In this document: positions 26,726 to 39,696 of the stretch, in pieces
Layout of the letters: each line of letters opens with the position of its first letter
Numbering within the stretch: the stretch's first letter is position 1
Origin: Octopus vulgaris
Taxonomy: Eukaryota
Direction: 5' to 3'
Assembly (NCBI GenBank): GCA_951406725.2
Contig: OX597834.1
Span: 5,642,001 to 5,706,000, forward strand
DNA: 64,000 bases
Program-made: the position numbers and the translations under genes
The notes under the pieces: generated by a model
What the model saw: only the letters and a program-made list of their open reading frames with translations
Databases searched by the model: none
Told to the model about the DNA's origin: nothing

Positions 26726-27609
26726 TGATTGCATTCATGCTACTTACAGTAACTTCAGATACCACCATTCACACCTCAGACTTACTATTTCAAAAGACAA
26801 AAAAAAAAGAAATACGAAGCGGATAGTAATCGTAGACCAGACGTCAGTTCGATCGTGGCTACACCTAAAGAAAATATTGCGTTTATACGAATACTTACTC
26901 TATTAGAATTAGTAGGAAACCTTGAATGTAATTAAAGAAAGGAATTACAACTGATATATGTAGTATACTAATAATGTCAACATATACAGAAATTTCTTGA
27001 ATTTTCGATTCTTTGGCAAAGTCAGATAGGTCATATGTTTTAGAAGTGGAGAAAAAGATATTAGAGATTGTTCATATATTCTCCTAGTCATTAAGAGTGT
27101 CAGTGTAATTGATGAATAGGCAATTAAAGTGGCCCTAGAACTAATAATAACGAGACAGAAGGAAATGTCTATAAGTAATTAGTAGTGCAATATATTTTAA
27201 TAAGAAGACAGAAAAGATTACACTGACTGTTAGGCTTTTAAAATTTCTTTCTCTTCGTTCTGCGTTCAAATCTAGCATGGAGTTCAGTTTAAAGTTAAAC
27301 ACATCCAAGATTCAACTCATTTCCACAAATATTTGCCTACAGTTTGCAAGACTAAAATATTTTCTAAGCTATTTGTGTCTAATCGATCGTGGATATTAAA
27401 TTTAATTCGTCAGGTGTATACTGTAAACCTGTTATATACTTAGAAATGTTCGTTAATTTATATTTTGCTGAGGATCTACAACTTTCTTATTATCCAAATA
27501 ATATATTTCAAAAGTAAAAATATATGGAATAATGATAACTGCGGTCAAACTACCTTTCTCGCCAATTTCAGCTGCGCTTTCTCAACATAATTAGGAAGTA
27601 GATTTGAGC

Positions 27610-27662
<53 letters not shown>

Positions 27663-27769
27663 TCAGGGTCAATACTTGATAAGTGTAAGCACCTGTATAC
27701 GCCAGCTAGTAGCAGAGGTGAGAGGGTATATGCATCAAATGAAATAAAAAACAGAACACAAAGGATGTC

Positions 27770-27861
27770 GCGGTACACATGTTTCAAGCTTTATAAAACA
27801 ACTTATTCTTACATCAATGTATAATCGACATAACAGGTAGTTTAAAGCTCTCTTCAGCCAC
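27770..27861 (-). ncRNA. Type I hammerhead, inverted copy of 28190-28281
   Basis: Minus strand GTGG CTGAAGA GAGCTTTA..TAAAGCTT GAAA CATGTG TA CCGC. Confidence 0.65.
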
Positions 27862-28189
27862 ATTCAATTGCTATAACAAAGACCTGTATCACATTATGAA
27901 AAAACCGAAAAGGAACATTTGGTATTATCTATAATGGTGGGTATATTGAGTTTCACTGAGAAAGTATGTTTGTAAATCTTCATAATCAAATAGGTATGTA
28001 GGGTATCATTGGACTTCAAAAATCCGTCCATACTCTATCATCAGTCAACATAGAGTGAATGTTGAGTAGATTCGAGTGGGTTCATTCCTCTTGTAAGGGA
28101 AGGAAATAAGGAGAAGTGAAGGTGGAGAAAAGGAATAGAAAAAATAGAAAAAACAGAAAAAGATAGAAAGAAAGAAATAGGGAGAGTAT

Positions 28190-28281
28190 GCGGCTGAAGA
28201 GAGCTTTAAACCATCTGTTATGTCGATTATACATTGATGTAAGAATAGGTTGTTGTATAAAGCTTGAAACACGTGTACCGC
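28190..28281 (+). ncRNA. Type I hammerhead ribozyme with extended loop II
   Basis: GCGG CTGAAGA GAGCTTTA [49 nt] TAAAGCTT GAAA CACGTG TA CCGC: intact core, 8-bp stem II, palindromic ACACGTGT stem III, GUA site. Confidence 0.75.
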
Positions 28282-28320
28282 GACATCCTTTGTGTTCTGT
28301 TTTTTTATTTCATTTGATGC

Positions 28321-28351
<31 letters not shown>

Positions 28352-28396
28352 CAGGATGGCCCAAAAGTAGGTTCACTGTTATCCCGTAGGCATTTT

Positions 28397-28693
28397 ACTG
28401 TTCCTTGGATTTAAAATTCCTCAAGCTACGCCTTGTTAACAGTTCAAGGCAACCGAAAACACAGAGCTCGGATCTTTACCTTCTGACCTACAGATTTAAA
28501 AAATATTTTTTTGTAACTAAACACTTTCAAACTTCGGACACTGGTAGAATGTCCGAAGTTTGAAAGTGTTTAGTTACAAAAAATTATTTTTTAAATCTGT
28601 AGGTCAGAAGGTAAAGATCCGAGCTCTGTGTTTTCGGTTGCCTTGAACTGTTAACAAGGCGTAGCTTGAGGAATTTTAAATCCAAGGTACAGT
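28397..28693. repeat. Near-perfect 297-bp palindrome (144-bp arms, 9-nt loop) containing a Merlin-like MITE end
   Basis: Arms 28397-28540 and 28550-28693 with about 2 mismatches; GGATCT terminus at 28470. Confidence 0.92.
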
Positions 28694-28844
28694 GTAATAC
28701 TGACTACAAGTTAACAAAGTTCAACTGCAAACATGTGAAAATGGCAACCATTCCAGCCGAAAGTAAATATCTGACTAAAGTCACCATAATTGTGGGGGAA
28801 AGTTTCAACGTATGGTAGCAAATATTATAGAAAGCCTCATTATC

Positions 28845-29686
28845 TATTTCTTTACCTATCCACAAGGGGCTAAACATAGAGGGAACAAATAAGGACAGAC
28901 ATAGGTATTAAGTTGATTATATCGATCCCAGTGCATAACTGGTACTTAATTTATCGACCCCGAAAGGATGAAAGGCAAAGTCGAACTCGGCGGAATTTGA
29001 ACTCACAACGTAATGGCAGACGAAATACCTATTTCTTTACTACCCACAAGAGGCTACACACAGAGGGGACAAACAAGGACAGACAAACGGATTAAGTCGA
29101 TCATATCGGCCCTAGTGCGTAACTGGTACTTAATTTATCGATCCCGAAAGGATGAATGGCAAAGTCGACCTCGGCGGAATTTGAACTCAGAACGTAACGA
29201 CAGACGAAATGCCTATTTCTTTACTACCCACAAGAGGCTACACACAGAGGGGACAAACAAGGACAGACAAACGGATTAAGTCGATCATATCGGCCCTAGT
29301 GCGTAACTGGTACTTAATTTATCGATCCCGAAAGGATGAATGGCAAAGTCGACCTCGGCGGAATTTGAACTCAGAACGTAACGACAGACGAAATGCGGCA
29401 ACGCATTTCGCCCGGCGTGCTAACGTCTCTACCTGCTCGCCGCCATTAAAATATCTATTTCTTTACTACCCACAAGGGGCTACACACAGAGGAAACAAAC
29501 AAGGACAGACAAACGGATTAAGTCGATTATATCGACCCCAGTGCGTAACTGGTACTTAATTTATCGACCCCGAAAGGATGAAAGACAAAGTCGACCTCGG
29601 CGGAATTTGAACTCAGAACGTAACGACAGACGAAATACGGCTACGCATTTCGCCCGGCGTGCTACCGTTTCTGCCAGCTCGCCACC
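28845..29686 (-). mobile_element. SINE B trimer (28845-29446) plus adjacent monomer (29456-29686)
   Basis: Junctions gaaatacctatttc at ~29022 and gaaatgcctatttc at ~29206; two heads. Confidence 0.92.
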
Positions 29687-30864
29687 GATGTTGAAAGTCT
29701 ATCCGTGTTTGCCACGACTTGTTGTCTTGATAATGGGACATTATATTGGTTCAATTTCAGCATTAGATGCTACAAGAGTAAATAAACAACCCGACGGTTT
29801 AGATGAAAAACTTATTGCTGTTAATTATGTCCTATCGAAGAAATAACGACACATCATAATTTCAAGATTTCTGAACTAAATTGCGATGTAAGTCTACAAA
29901 TTATTTCATAACTGGCATTTATAGGGATGAAATTTTGAACAAAATCCGTTTCGAATTAGAAAAATTTTAAATATTAATGAGTCACGCAGCTTACAAAACC
30001 TATAATTTTACGTTTAGCGTTGCTACTCAGTGGTAGTGGTTAAATCGGAGAGAAAATCTGTTTAATTATTTTGTGCATATAGACTTAAAATGCATGTTAA
30101 TAGTTATTTGGGAAGTCAATTATTTTCATAATTAAGTTATACTAGTAATATTTCTCGTTAAGTGGGCAGTGAATCGCACGAAAGATGGATAAAATTAGAG
30201 AAAATCAGCGTAATTAATTTTATATATCTGAGCAAGTGGAGTAGAGAGACGTAATTATAATTTCAAATTTCAATCGACGCTAACTCATTTTCTATATTGT
30301 AGCTAATGGAAAACAGCGGTGTAATTAAATTCGAAATACCTGAAGTAAGGAAACAATTTTTAAATTATTATTTAAACAAGGAAGACTTGAAAATAAGTAA
30401 TTTGTGGCGTGATGAAACGAAGCAAGAGCCTTGTCTTCTTTTTGCATTATTGTTTCACATATTCTTATATTAATTTTACTGAATAAATCTTCCGATCATT
30501 ACTAGTTGTAGTAGTAGCAGTAGTAGCAGGCTGTGCATTTCATTGTATTTATATAGTTCTTTTGGAATTGTGTGTTAAGCTTTTGCCTATATTTATGAAA
30601 CGTAATATTGTGTAAATTAATTCATGTTAAAACTAATTAAAATTGGAATATACTTCACAAAATTATATCTCTTATACACAGGCTGAGTAAAAAAAATGCA
30701 ACGCTCCAAGAATTTCTGAAATATGCCATCGTTCTCTGCTGTCTCCAATACACAAAATTAATTACACCCGTCATGTTATACCACTTTCTTCCATTTTTAC
30801 CAAAAAAGAAAAGAAAAATGTTGCAGCACATAGATACGTTCCAGTTCCAATATCTGGTGAATTA

Positions 30865-31310
30865 AGGTGGCAAGCTAGCAGAACCGTTAGCACGGCGGGC
30901 AAAATGCTTAGCAGCATTTCGTCCGTCCTCACGTTCTGAGTTCTAATTCCGCCAATGTTGACTTTGCCTTTCATCATTTCGGGGTCGATAAATTAAGTAC
31001 CAGTTACGCACCGGGGTCGATGCAATCGACTTAATCCGTTTGTCTGTCCTTGTTTGTCCCCTCTGTGTTTAGCCCCTTGTGGGTAGTAAAGAAACAGATA
31101 AAATAAGTATCAGTTGATCATTGATGTCGATGTAATTGATTTAACCTCGACCCCAAAATTGCTTGCGCCAAAATTTGAAACCAATATAGGCGGCGAAGTG
31201 GTAGTCGTTAGAACTTGCCTCGCGATATTTGTTCTGGTTCTGAATGCAATGAGTTCAAATCTCGCCGAAATCACTTTGCTTTTCATCCTTTTGAGATTGA
31301 TTGATAAATT
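30865..31310 (+). mobile_element. SINE B copies (monomer 30865-31095 and older fragments)
   Basis: Head ggtggcaagctagcag, body and tail match the family. Confidence 0.85.
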
Positions 31311-31931
31311 AACGATCTAGTGATGGGATCGAACTGCTTTCTCTCTTTCGAGAAGAAACACGTTGTGTTCAGAACTGTAGAAAGGCGAGTCCCCCCCCCC
31401 CAGGTTTGGATATCTACAAAACGCAATATTTCACGACAGTTCCCCCTACGAGTCCATTGAGAGAGTGCAGAACAGTTCAAATATGCCAGGGTTGATAAAG
31501 GATAGTCAATAGTTGTTGTGATAAAAAAAAAATCCCCACAAACGGTTTCAGTACAGTTTTAACAGAAAGATCTGGAAGAGTCAGATGAAAGTTATCCAGT
31601 AATTTTCTTTCATTCAAATAAATGTTTATGTTAATTTTAAAATTTTCCAGCAAAATCTTTTATAAATGATAATGTTCTAAAAGATGTACATGCTTATATG
31701 TTATATATGGAAATAAAAACCTGTATATTTCTGTATATTAATCTAGCTAAAGCAGGTATAGATTTAATAAAGGAACATAAAAACTAAGGAGCATAAGCAT
31801 TTAGTATATCTATCTCTCTCTCTCTCTCTCTCTCTCAGAGGCAAGTAGGGCAAAACTTCAAAGTCCTTGTCATCGCTGTTCTTATAATTCAAGACACACA
31901 AACACACATATATACGATGGCTTCTTTCAGT

Positions 31932-32318
31932 ACTCTTTTACTCTTTTACTTGTTTCAGTCATTTGACTGCGGCCATGCTGGAACACCACCTTTAGTCTAG
32001 CAAATCGACCCAAGGACTTATTCTTTGTAAGCCTAATACTTATTCTATCACTCTCTTTTGCCGAACCGCTAAGTTACAGGGACGTAAACACACCAGCATC
32101 AGTTGTCAAGCGATGTTGGGGGGACAAACACAGACACACAAACACACATATATACGATGGCTTCTTTCAGTTTCCGTCTACCAAATCCACTCACAAGGCT
32201 TTGGTCGGCCTGAAGCTATAGTACAAGACACTTGCCCAAGGTGCCACGCAGTGGGACTGAAACCGGAACCATGTGGTTGGTAAGCAAGCTACTTACCACA
32301 CAGCCACTCCTGCACCTA
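31932..32318 (-). mobile_element. SINE A, full length
   Basis: Reverse complement of the family; tail (gtaaaaga)n. Confidence 0.92.
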
Positions 32319-32449
32319 TGCTTGTGAATATATTCACTTCAATTAAGTGAATTACTAATTAAATTAGTATCTCCTTATACTTTTTCTCTATATATCACCA
32401 CTCATGTTCGACATATCCTTACTTAATACTTAATTCAATTATCTCATAT

Positions 32450-33130
<681 letters not shown>

Positions 33131-33733
33131 TACATATTTCAGTCTTTACCATATTTATATTAGCAATATATGTGCATGTGTGCATTTATCATTAGCGCCC
33201 AGGAATGTCTTTGATATATATATATAGATATGTGTATATATAAGTGCATATATATATATATATATGCACTCATATGAATACCAGTGAAATGATTGCACAG
33301 AAGGCAAACTTCGAGACGTAAGATTAACGGTATGTGAACAAACTGTTGGAGCATACTGACAATGATCAAGTGTGCTTCCAGTCTATTAGCTGGCACTGCT
33401 TGAGGAATGTCCATTGACACGAATACATAAATTTGAATAACGGAGGACAACAACTTGGAAATAGGATCGACACGTTATTTATTCCAAGTACTGAGCGCTG
33501 TTTACTTTTTAGTAATGTTATGAAATCTCGCATGCAAAGATATTACTATATATATATATATATATATAGTGTGTATACAGACATACATATGTATATATAT
33601 ATGTATGTCCATGTGTGCATATGTATATGTGTATATGTATGCATATATATGCATATCTATATATATGTATATATATATATACCAATTAAGCATATATATG
33701 TATATAAAATACATATGTGTGAGTGTATATATA

Positions 33734-33777
<44 letters not shown>

Positions 33778-33865
33778 CATACACGCGGTCAAAATGTGAC
33801 CACGTGTGTATCGTTGGTGATTTTTTTCCTCCGTCTTCCCTTCTTTGGATCTTTCCTTTTCCTAT

Positions 33866-33900
33866 GTTTCTGACGAAGAGCTCCGCTTGAGACGTTAAAT
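33866..33900 (+). ncRNA. Degenerate minimal hammerhead within a ~210-bp (TA)n-embedded element (33783-33992)
   Basis: TTT CTGACGA A GAGC TCC GCTT GAGA CGT T AAA; two changes from GCTC GAAA. Confidence 0.55.
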
Positions 33901-33993
33901 CCTCCTTCTTTCTTTCCTTTCCTGAGCATCCAATAATACTATACTTGTTCCACGTCCTCGCGTTGTTGTGTTTTCATGTTTAGATTAACTCTC

Positions 33994-34069
<76 letters not shown>

Positions 34070-34275
34070 GAACTAATGTAGGATAAAATTTTTTTCGAAA
34101 AAATTTTTATCAATGGACCATTCATGATAAACCTTAAGTAATAAATAACTTATAAAATAAGGGCAGAAGAAAAGTTCTAATGCCAAATATGCCGAAAAAA
34201 AGACAAAATTGTCAATAACCATTATAATTTATGCGTCTCGAAACAAGCCGATAGAAATTTCTAAAAAATCCGTTA

Positions 34276-34336
34276 TTACCGAATTGGTCCCAATTTCGGG
34301 GTTAATTCATAAGAATTTTCCCCTCCTCAGCAATAA
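34276..34336 (-). ncRNA. Type I hammerhead ribozyme in a (TA)n-flanked element (34064-34385)
   Basis: Minus strand TTATTG CTGAGGA GGGG [18 nt] CCCC GAAA TTGG GA CCAA T T CGGTAA: full core and all three stems. Confidence 0.78.
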
Positions 34337-34978
34337 ATACGTAAGACATAAATGAATTATACTTTACCAACCGTTTTCCTCTTATATATATATATATAAA
34401 GGTGTTTTAATTATTATGCGAAGGAAGTACATACTTAGGGCATCAAGAGAAGTGGGAACACCACAGAAATTGTAAATGGTCTACTGCACAAAAGAAATCA
34501 CTTTAAACTTGTAAAAATAATATTCAAGATGCCTTATCTCTACTAAGCATAGAAGCAAATGTATTGTGTAAGATTAATTTTGAGGATCTAATCAATGGTT
34601 TTGCAATTAAAAAAGTAGTAGAAAACTTTTCAGATATATAGGAGTGGGTGGGGCACAATTGATTAATATTTACTGCATTTTTTACTTTGACAAGAGAAAT
34701 TTTTGTTTAATGTTCAAATCCTTACAAAAATTATATTAGCAATTGACCTTCCCTAAATGCATTAAAAACAGTAAATAGTATTCAGAACTCTATTTCAGAA
34801 AATTACATCCATACTTTTTGTGCATACAGAAGACAAATTTGTGTGCAGCAGAATAAGTAAGATGATATAAAATAGATTTGCCTCTTTAGTTTCCTATGAT
34901 AACATTTGAAAAGCAATTCGTACATATATCATTATCCATCTGGAAAGATCAGAAATACAAAAAAAATTTAATATTTAG

Positions 34979-35028
34979 GGAAAATGGAAGCTAAATTGAC
35001 GCACAATATCATTCACCCACTGCAACAG
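34979..35028 (+). CDS. Possible small exon (MEAKLTHNIIHPLQQ)
   Basis: tttag acceptor, ATG at 34984, CAG|gtaaat donor; weak pyrimidine tract; no partner exon confirmed. Confidence 0.18.
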
Positions 35029-35976
35029 GTAAATATATTCTGAAGGTCAACTTTTAGCTATTCATGGCTACTTCCAGGCTTCGTTACTAATTCGGTTCTC
35101 AACCAGATTGAATGCAGTGTTTTTGCAATGATGGTCCAATCATTGACCACACTCTGATAAGATAATTGATATTTGGTTCATTATGAAAAACTGTTAGGTC
35201 AAACATAGTAGAGTAAGACCAAAATTTGACTTTGAATCAAAATACCTTGGTTACTTCAAAAGAAAAGTATTCTTTGAAACCTAATTAATATTAATTAGGT
35301 TTAAAAGAATGTGTACATTGAAGAAAATTTTTTGGTGAAAATCTTAAAAAATATTAGCTACAAAAAAAGTAGCCTGGACTTAAGTGATGAGAAAAATGGT
35401 AAATAATCCTCAAAACTTAAAATTAATCAAAATATCTCAGCTGGTTAATATTGAGTTAAAAATTTCTTTGTATCAAGCTAAAACATTTGTTTTATTTTTA
35501 GTATTATAGTCGTTTATAATTTTATTTTATTAACAAAACTCATTATCTAAAAATTTTAAATCACAGGTATTATATTATAAAATTAAACTGGTGTAGAATA
35601 TATGCTATTCAAAAGAGTAAATGATAGAAAAAAAAGTTGTTTTTTTCATTTAAGTGACAAAAGAATTAATTTCTTTGAAGTTTGCATTTTCTGATAACAA
35701 AGTATTTTCTACTTACAGTTAGAAAAATATTTTTAAAAAATTGAAAACTAATGAACAAATTGAGTACAAAAGGTAGAAATGAATCTCTAGCTTTAAAAAA
35801 TAAAAGACAGGTGTTATGATTGTCAAATTTGCTTAAATTGCAATTATGTGATTTTTTTTTAGATATATAAATTAGTAATTTCAAATTTTTAATGTGTAGA
35901 CTTGTAGGTAATTAGTCATTTCACTAGAACTGAAAATAAATACCTTCTTGAATATTTTAATCTAAGCTTTTATATA

Positions 35977-36368
35977 GTGTAGGAGTGGCTGTGTGGTAAG
36001 TAGCTTGCTTACGAACCACATGGTTCCGGGTTCAGTCCCACTGCATGGCACCTTGGGCAAGTCTCTTCTACTATAGCCTCGGGTTGACCAAAGCCTTGTG
36101 AGTGGATTTGATAGACAGAAACGGAAAGAAGCCTATCGTATATATGTATTTAAATATGTATATGTGTGTGTCTGTGTCTGTGTTTGTCCCACCAACATCG
36201 CTTGACATCCGATGTTGGTGTGTTTACGTCCCCGTAACTTAGCAGTTCGGCAAAAGAGACCGATAGAATAAGTTCTAGGCTTACAAAGAATAAGTTTTGG
36301 GGTCGATTTGCTCGACTAAAGGTGGTGCTCCAGCATGGCCACAGTCAAATTACTGAAATAAGTAAAGG
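35977..36368 (+). mobile_element. SINE A
   Basis: Family match. Confidence 0.9.
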
Positions 36369-37438
36369 TGTATAATGATTTTAATGCTTAGACTCTAACT
36401 TCTGCAGCAACATTTTAAGTTTTCTGTTTTTTTTATTTTGTACTTTCCCAGACTTAGTTTCTATTTGTTCTGTATTTTTCCAGGTTCAATACTTGAGAAT
36501 ATTCTAAGATTCTGTGCCTGCACATTCATTCTGGTGAAATTTGCGAAACTCAACATAGAATATTCTCTAAAGCTTCTTCATGGTCTGCTGGAATGGCTGT
36601 CTTCTTGATATATTTACGCACCATGCAGTTAAAGAGAAGAAATTATGGAAATGCGTCATTACCCGCTTTATCCTACTTTAGACACCATTCTGTGAAAATT
36701 GGAAATAATCAAATTAAACATTCATGTGGGGGGAAGAAAATTGACTTGGATTCCAACAGAGACAAGAACACCAAAAATTATTCAGATATTTTATTAGCAA
36801 CCTTGGGTCAAATTTGAGGAAAAATTTCTTGACAAAAAAGAAAGGTGCCTGTTACTTGACCATGTTTCAAACCCTTTCAACTTAAACAACAACAGCAACA
36901 ACAAACTATGCAGACTAAGCTTTACTCCCAAAGATCATGCAGCAGCAAAAAATGTGTGTTTTGTGCAACAACTCTGTTATCATCTGACTCTGCAGGAATT
37001 TGCCAAAGAAGCAAGTCTCTGGAGACTGGGAGCACATGGCTTAGAGGCAAGGGTGTTGGACTTGTGGTTGTAAGACTGTGGTTTTGATTTCTCAACCAGA
37101 AACAACATTGTGTTCTTGAGCAAAACTCATCTCATGTTGTTTCAATCCATCCAGCTGGAACAAAAGAATAAATGTTTCTGTGATGAACTGGTGTACCATC
37201 CAAGGACAAATATATACACTACAAATGTCAGAAAATCGGCCTTATGAGTTAATATAACTCAGGAAGAACCTTTTTTAGAGGTGAAAATTTGTGCTACCTG
37301 ATTTGAAACAAAGACTTAATGATACATCATGCTGCTCCAAAGTTTGGATTGTTTCAGCTGAACAAAAGGCAGAACCAAGTCACAGTTCACTGGGAGATAC
37401 CTGCTCGTTCCACTTCTGATGAAAACTATCTGGTAAGT

Positions 37439-37592
37439 TTTGGGATTTGGTTTGCAAGATCTTTATATGAGTTTGTGTGTTGAAGCATATTTTTTAGGAA
37501 AAAAAATAAGAAAAAAATGTGAAAATTTTACCAGTGAGTGTTTTATATTATAAGGCACAAAAAGAAAATGACTCTCCCCAGACACAACAGAA
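37439..37592. mobile_element. 154-bp insertion with 12-bp TSD
   Basis: tatctggtaagt at 37427-37438 and 37593-37604. Confidence 0.6.
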
Positions 37593-38004
37593 TATCTGGT
37601 AAGTGTTACATCAGTTGACAAGACAAATGTTTATGTTTGACTGAAAAACGAAATGAAAAGAAGTGTCATGACAGTTGACTTGGTCATCTTTGCCATGGCA
37701 ATAAAGAATTTCAGAGTGACTCAAATGTGAAGAATATTATGATCATTTTTGTCGCAAGACTTAGGTCTTATTTGAACAACCTCACTTAAATTTCCAGCTA
37801 TAAGCTGCAGCTGAGGTATATAACCATAAAAGACATGAGCAGTCTCTTGAAAGAACAGGAACCCCTACGCAAACGCTTACAGCCAATCAATATTGGTTGG
37901 CATGCATCAACTAAGGGAAGCAAACATCAGATGTGGGTTAAGTGAGCTCACTCTCAATTTGCAATTTGAACATTCTGGAGACTTTTGCCAATGGTTATGT
38001 AAAC

Positions 38005-38223
38005 CAGTGCTTTTCAATCTTTTTGCTGGAGCGGAACCCCAAGGAAACATTCCTCTGGCTCGAAGAACCCCTGTGCAATAATTTAATAGTCTTTTGCACA
38101 CATATCTGCACAGGAGAATTAAAAATTACTGCTGATTTTAGCAGTTTTGTAACTTCTTGCGGAACCCCTGGACTGTACTGGCGGAACCCTAAGGTTCCGC
38201 GGAACCCTGGTTGAAAACCACTG
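38005..38223. mobile_element. hAT (Charlie-like) MITE
   Basis: TIR cagtgcttttcaa / ttgaaaaccactg; perfect 8-bp TSD atgtaaac; repeated cggaaccc motifs. Confidence 0.92.
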
Positions 38224-38644
38224 ATGTAAACTGTTGGTTTGGAGCCCATGCCAAAAGTCAACTCACATTCCATGTGGAACTTTATCACTTTGTTCCACTA
38301 AATCTACTCTCACCCACCTCTACTTGTCCTTACATAATGCTCTATGAATACATGTTCAACATAATTTAACGGAGCTAATTCTTGGGTGAACAGACTGTAA
38401 TTGGATGAAATGAAGTACTCAAAGAGATATCGCATTACTTGGTTCAGGAACGGAAGCCACGACCTTATGATTGTGAATATTAACACCCTTCCCATTAGAG
38501 CATATACATTCAAATACACACACAAACACACTCTTCCCCTCATACACATACATATATGCAAACAGATGTGTGAATACATGTGTGTAGATGTGTGTGTGTT
38601 TGTTTCTCACTGCTTGTCAACTGGAGATGAATTATTTGTATTAT

Positions 38645-38878
38645 CTATTTCTTTACTGACCACAAGGGGCTAAACACAGAGAGGACAAACAAGGACAGAC
38701 AAAGGGATTAAGTTGATTACATCGGCCCCAGTGCATAATTGGTACTTTATTTATCGACCCCGAGAGGATGAAAGGCAAAGTCGACCTCGACGGAATTTGA
38801 ACCCAGAACGTAACGGCAGACGAAATACAGCTATACATTTCACCCGGCGTGCTAACCTTTCTGCCAGCTCACTGCCTT
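38645..38878 (-). mobile_element. SINE B monomer
   Basis: Family match; flanking ttatttgtattatc is duplicated. Confidence 0.9.
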
Positions 38879-39208
38879 ATTATTTGTATTATCGTCACTT
38901 AATGGTTTGGTAAAAGTACCAGGCTCCTAAAAGAAAATAAGAACTGCATTGATTTGATCATTCGCACCATTGGTTCTCAATATGGGTGGTACTGACCTTA
39001 AGAGGGTACTCAACATGTTGAAGGGGGCATTGGTTTTCAGCAGGTGGTGGATAACATAATTATCATATTAATTTTCACCTATAGTAGTAATTATATTTTA
39101 CATTTTAAGACTAGTAATGGATATTAAAATAAAATGATATCTCATTAGGCACAGGTAAGTCATTAACTTGCAATGTTTAAAGTTAAATTTACAACATTTT
39201 TCTTTATT

Positions 39209-39448
39209 GCGTAGGAGTGGCTGTGTGGTAAGTAGCTTGCTTACCAGCCACATGGTTCCGGGTTCAGTCCCACTGCGTGGCATCTTGGGCAAGTGTCTTC
39301 TGCTATAGCCCCGGGCCGACCAATGCCTTGTGAGTGGATTTGGCAGACGGAAACTGAAAGAAGCCCGTCGTATATATGTAAAGACCCCCTTCGGTCATGA
39401 GTGACCATGGGTTTGCACCTAGAGAGTTACCCTCTGAAGCACAGAGGG

Positions 39449-39482
<34 letters not shown>

Positions 39483-39696
39483 CATGTATGTTTGTGTGTC
39501 TGTGTTTGTCCCCCTAGCATTGCTTGACAACCGATGCTGGTGTGTTTACGTCCCCGTAACTTAGCGGTTCAGCAAAAGTGACCGATAGAATAAGTACTGG
39601 GATTACAAAGAATAAGTCCCGGGGTCGAGTTGCTCGACTAAAGGCAGTGCTCCAGCATGGCCGCAGTCAAATGACTGAAACAAGTAAAGAGAGTAA
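39209..39696 (+). mobile_element. SINE A with a ~68-bp foreign insert in its internal (TA)n
   Basis: Insert at 39380-39448, aaagacccccttcggtcatgagtgaccatggg... Confidence 0.88.

Larger units (their letters stand above)
27727..28325. mobile_element. Inverted pair (~135-bp arms) of hammerhead-bearing repeats between (TA)n tracts
   Basis: 27727-27862 is the reverse complement of 28189-28325 with a few substitutions. Confidence 0.85.

Noticed and set aside
28913-29846. Repeated ORFs NWYLIYRPRKDERQSRPRR
   Set aside because: Antisense translation of SINE B
35277-35302. Perfect 26-bp AT-rich palindrome
   Set aside because: Short and low-complexity, with no supporting context
36484-36817. Strong acceptor followed by a ~100-codon open frame; similar cases at 46576, 49073 and 53392-53628
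   Set aside because: The frames do not connect to neighbouring candidate exons and nothing is recognisable; these may be UTR or lncRNA
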